Positions 63,676 to 64,000 of a DNA stretch of 64,000 nucleotides are shown piece by piece. The stretch is from a virus. The position numbers and the translations under genes are program-made. Under the pieces are notes generated by a model, which saw nothing but the letters and a program-made list of their open reading frames with translations, ran no database searches and had not been told where the DNA came from. The DNA is taken from IMG/VR virus record IMGVR_UViG_3300045988_153198. One strand, given 5' to 3'. Each line of letters opens with the position of its first letter. The first letter of the stretch is position 1.

Positions 63676-63844
63676 TAAAATAGTTGAGTGCTACCCATGT
63701 GGTTATAAGTTGCGTATATACTATTTGCAATACGTGTAAAATCTTATCAGGGTTAAACATACCGAAGGCGGTCACAAGTCCGATTGTAAAAATGTGAGTG
63801 GCTACAAAGTAAAAAGAGATTATAAAAAAGGAAGGTATAAAATT

Positions 63845-64000
63845 ATGATGAAAGTTGAAAACATGACAAGCTCAAGAAGTGGTAGAGAAGTAGCAAATCA
63901 GTTTATTATCAGAGATGATACTAGAATTGTATTCCAGTCTTATGACAGCACTATTGCAATCATTGACAACTCAAAAAAGGGAGCTGCAAGGCTCACACTG
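63845..64000 (+). CDS. 5' part of a plus-strand gene running off the window
   Basis: AAGGAAGG RBS then ATG 63845. My translation is MMKVENMTSSRSGREVANQFIIRDDTRIVFQSYDSTIAIIDNSKKGAARLTL, open to the window end. Confidence 0.5.
   Translation, partial: MMKVENMTSSRSGREVANQFIIRDDTRIVFQSYDSTIAIIDNSKKGAARLTL

Noticed and set aside
1-64000. Alternative genetic code or stop-codon reassignment, as seen in some tRNA-rich gut phages
   Set aside because: Long uninterrupted ORFs of up to 3110 aa are obtained with the standard code, and none of the tRNAs I could fold has a CUA, UCA or UUA anticodon.

Overview
Low-GC tailed-phage genome segment with Firmicutes-style AGGAGG ribosome-binding sites. Every credible gene from 6.6 kb to 61.3 kb is on the minus strand. 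In transcription order these are: an early block (putative initiator, a YonO/RdRP-like single-chain RNA polymerase, HU); an array of 16 tRNA genes plus one aberrant tRNA-like element; packaging and head genes; tail genes with an embedded tyrosine recombinase and a 3110-aa tape measure; Dit/Tal; a lysis cassette; and a receptor-binding module. That module holds a 2551-aa LamG-CotH-LRR fibre and a complete diversity-generating retroelement (RT, TR, and VR in a fibre C-terminus). The left 6.6 kb carries a plus-strand Tn7-like tnsA-tnsB-tnsC-tniQ operon and a lipoprotein gene, preceded by two dense repeat arrays. I could not locate the second transposon end in the window. The right 2.6 kb (61.3-63.8 kb) is a non-coding control region. 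It contains operator palindromes, iteron-like repeats, two mirror-image blocks of extreme strand composition, and twin sigma-A-type promoters driving a plus-strand gene that runs off the window. A strand-specific 17-nt motif recurs five times in intergenic positions and may be linked to the phage RNA polymerase. All homology statements come from motif recognition by eye, not from database searches. Coordinates of RNA genes and repeats were counted by hand.
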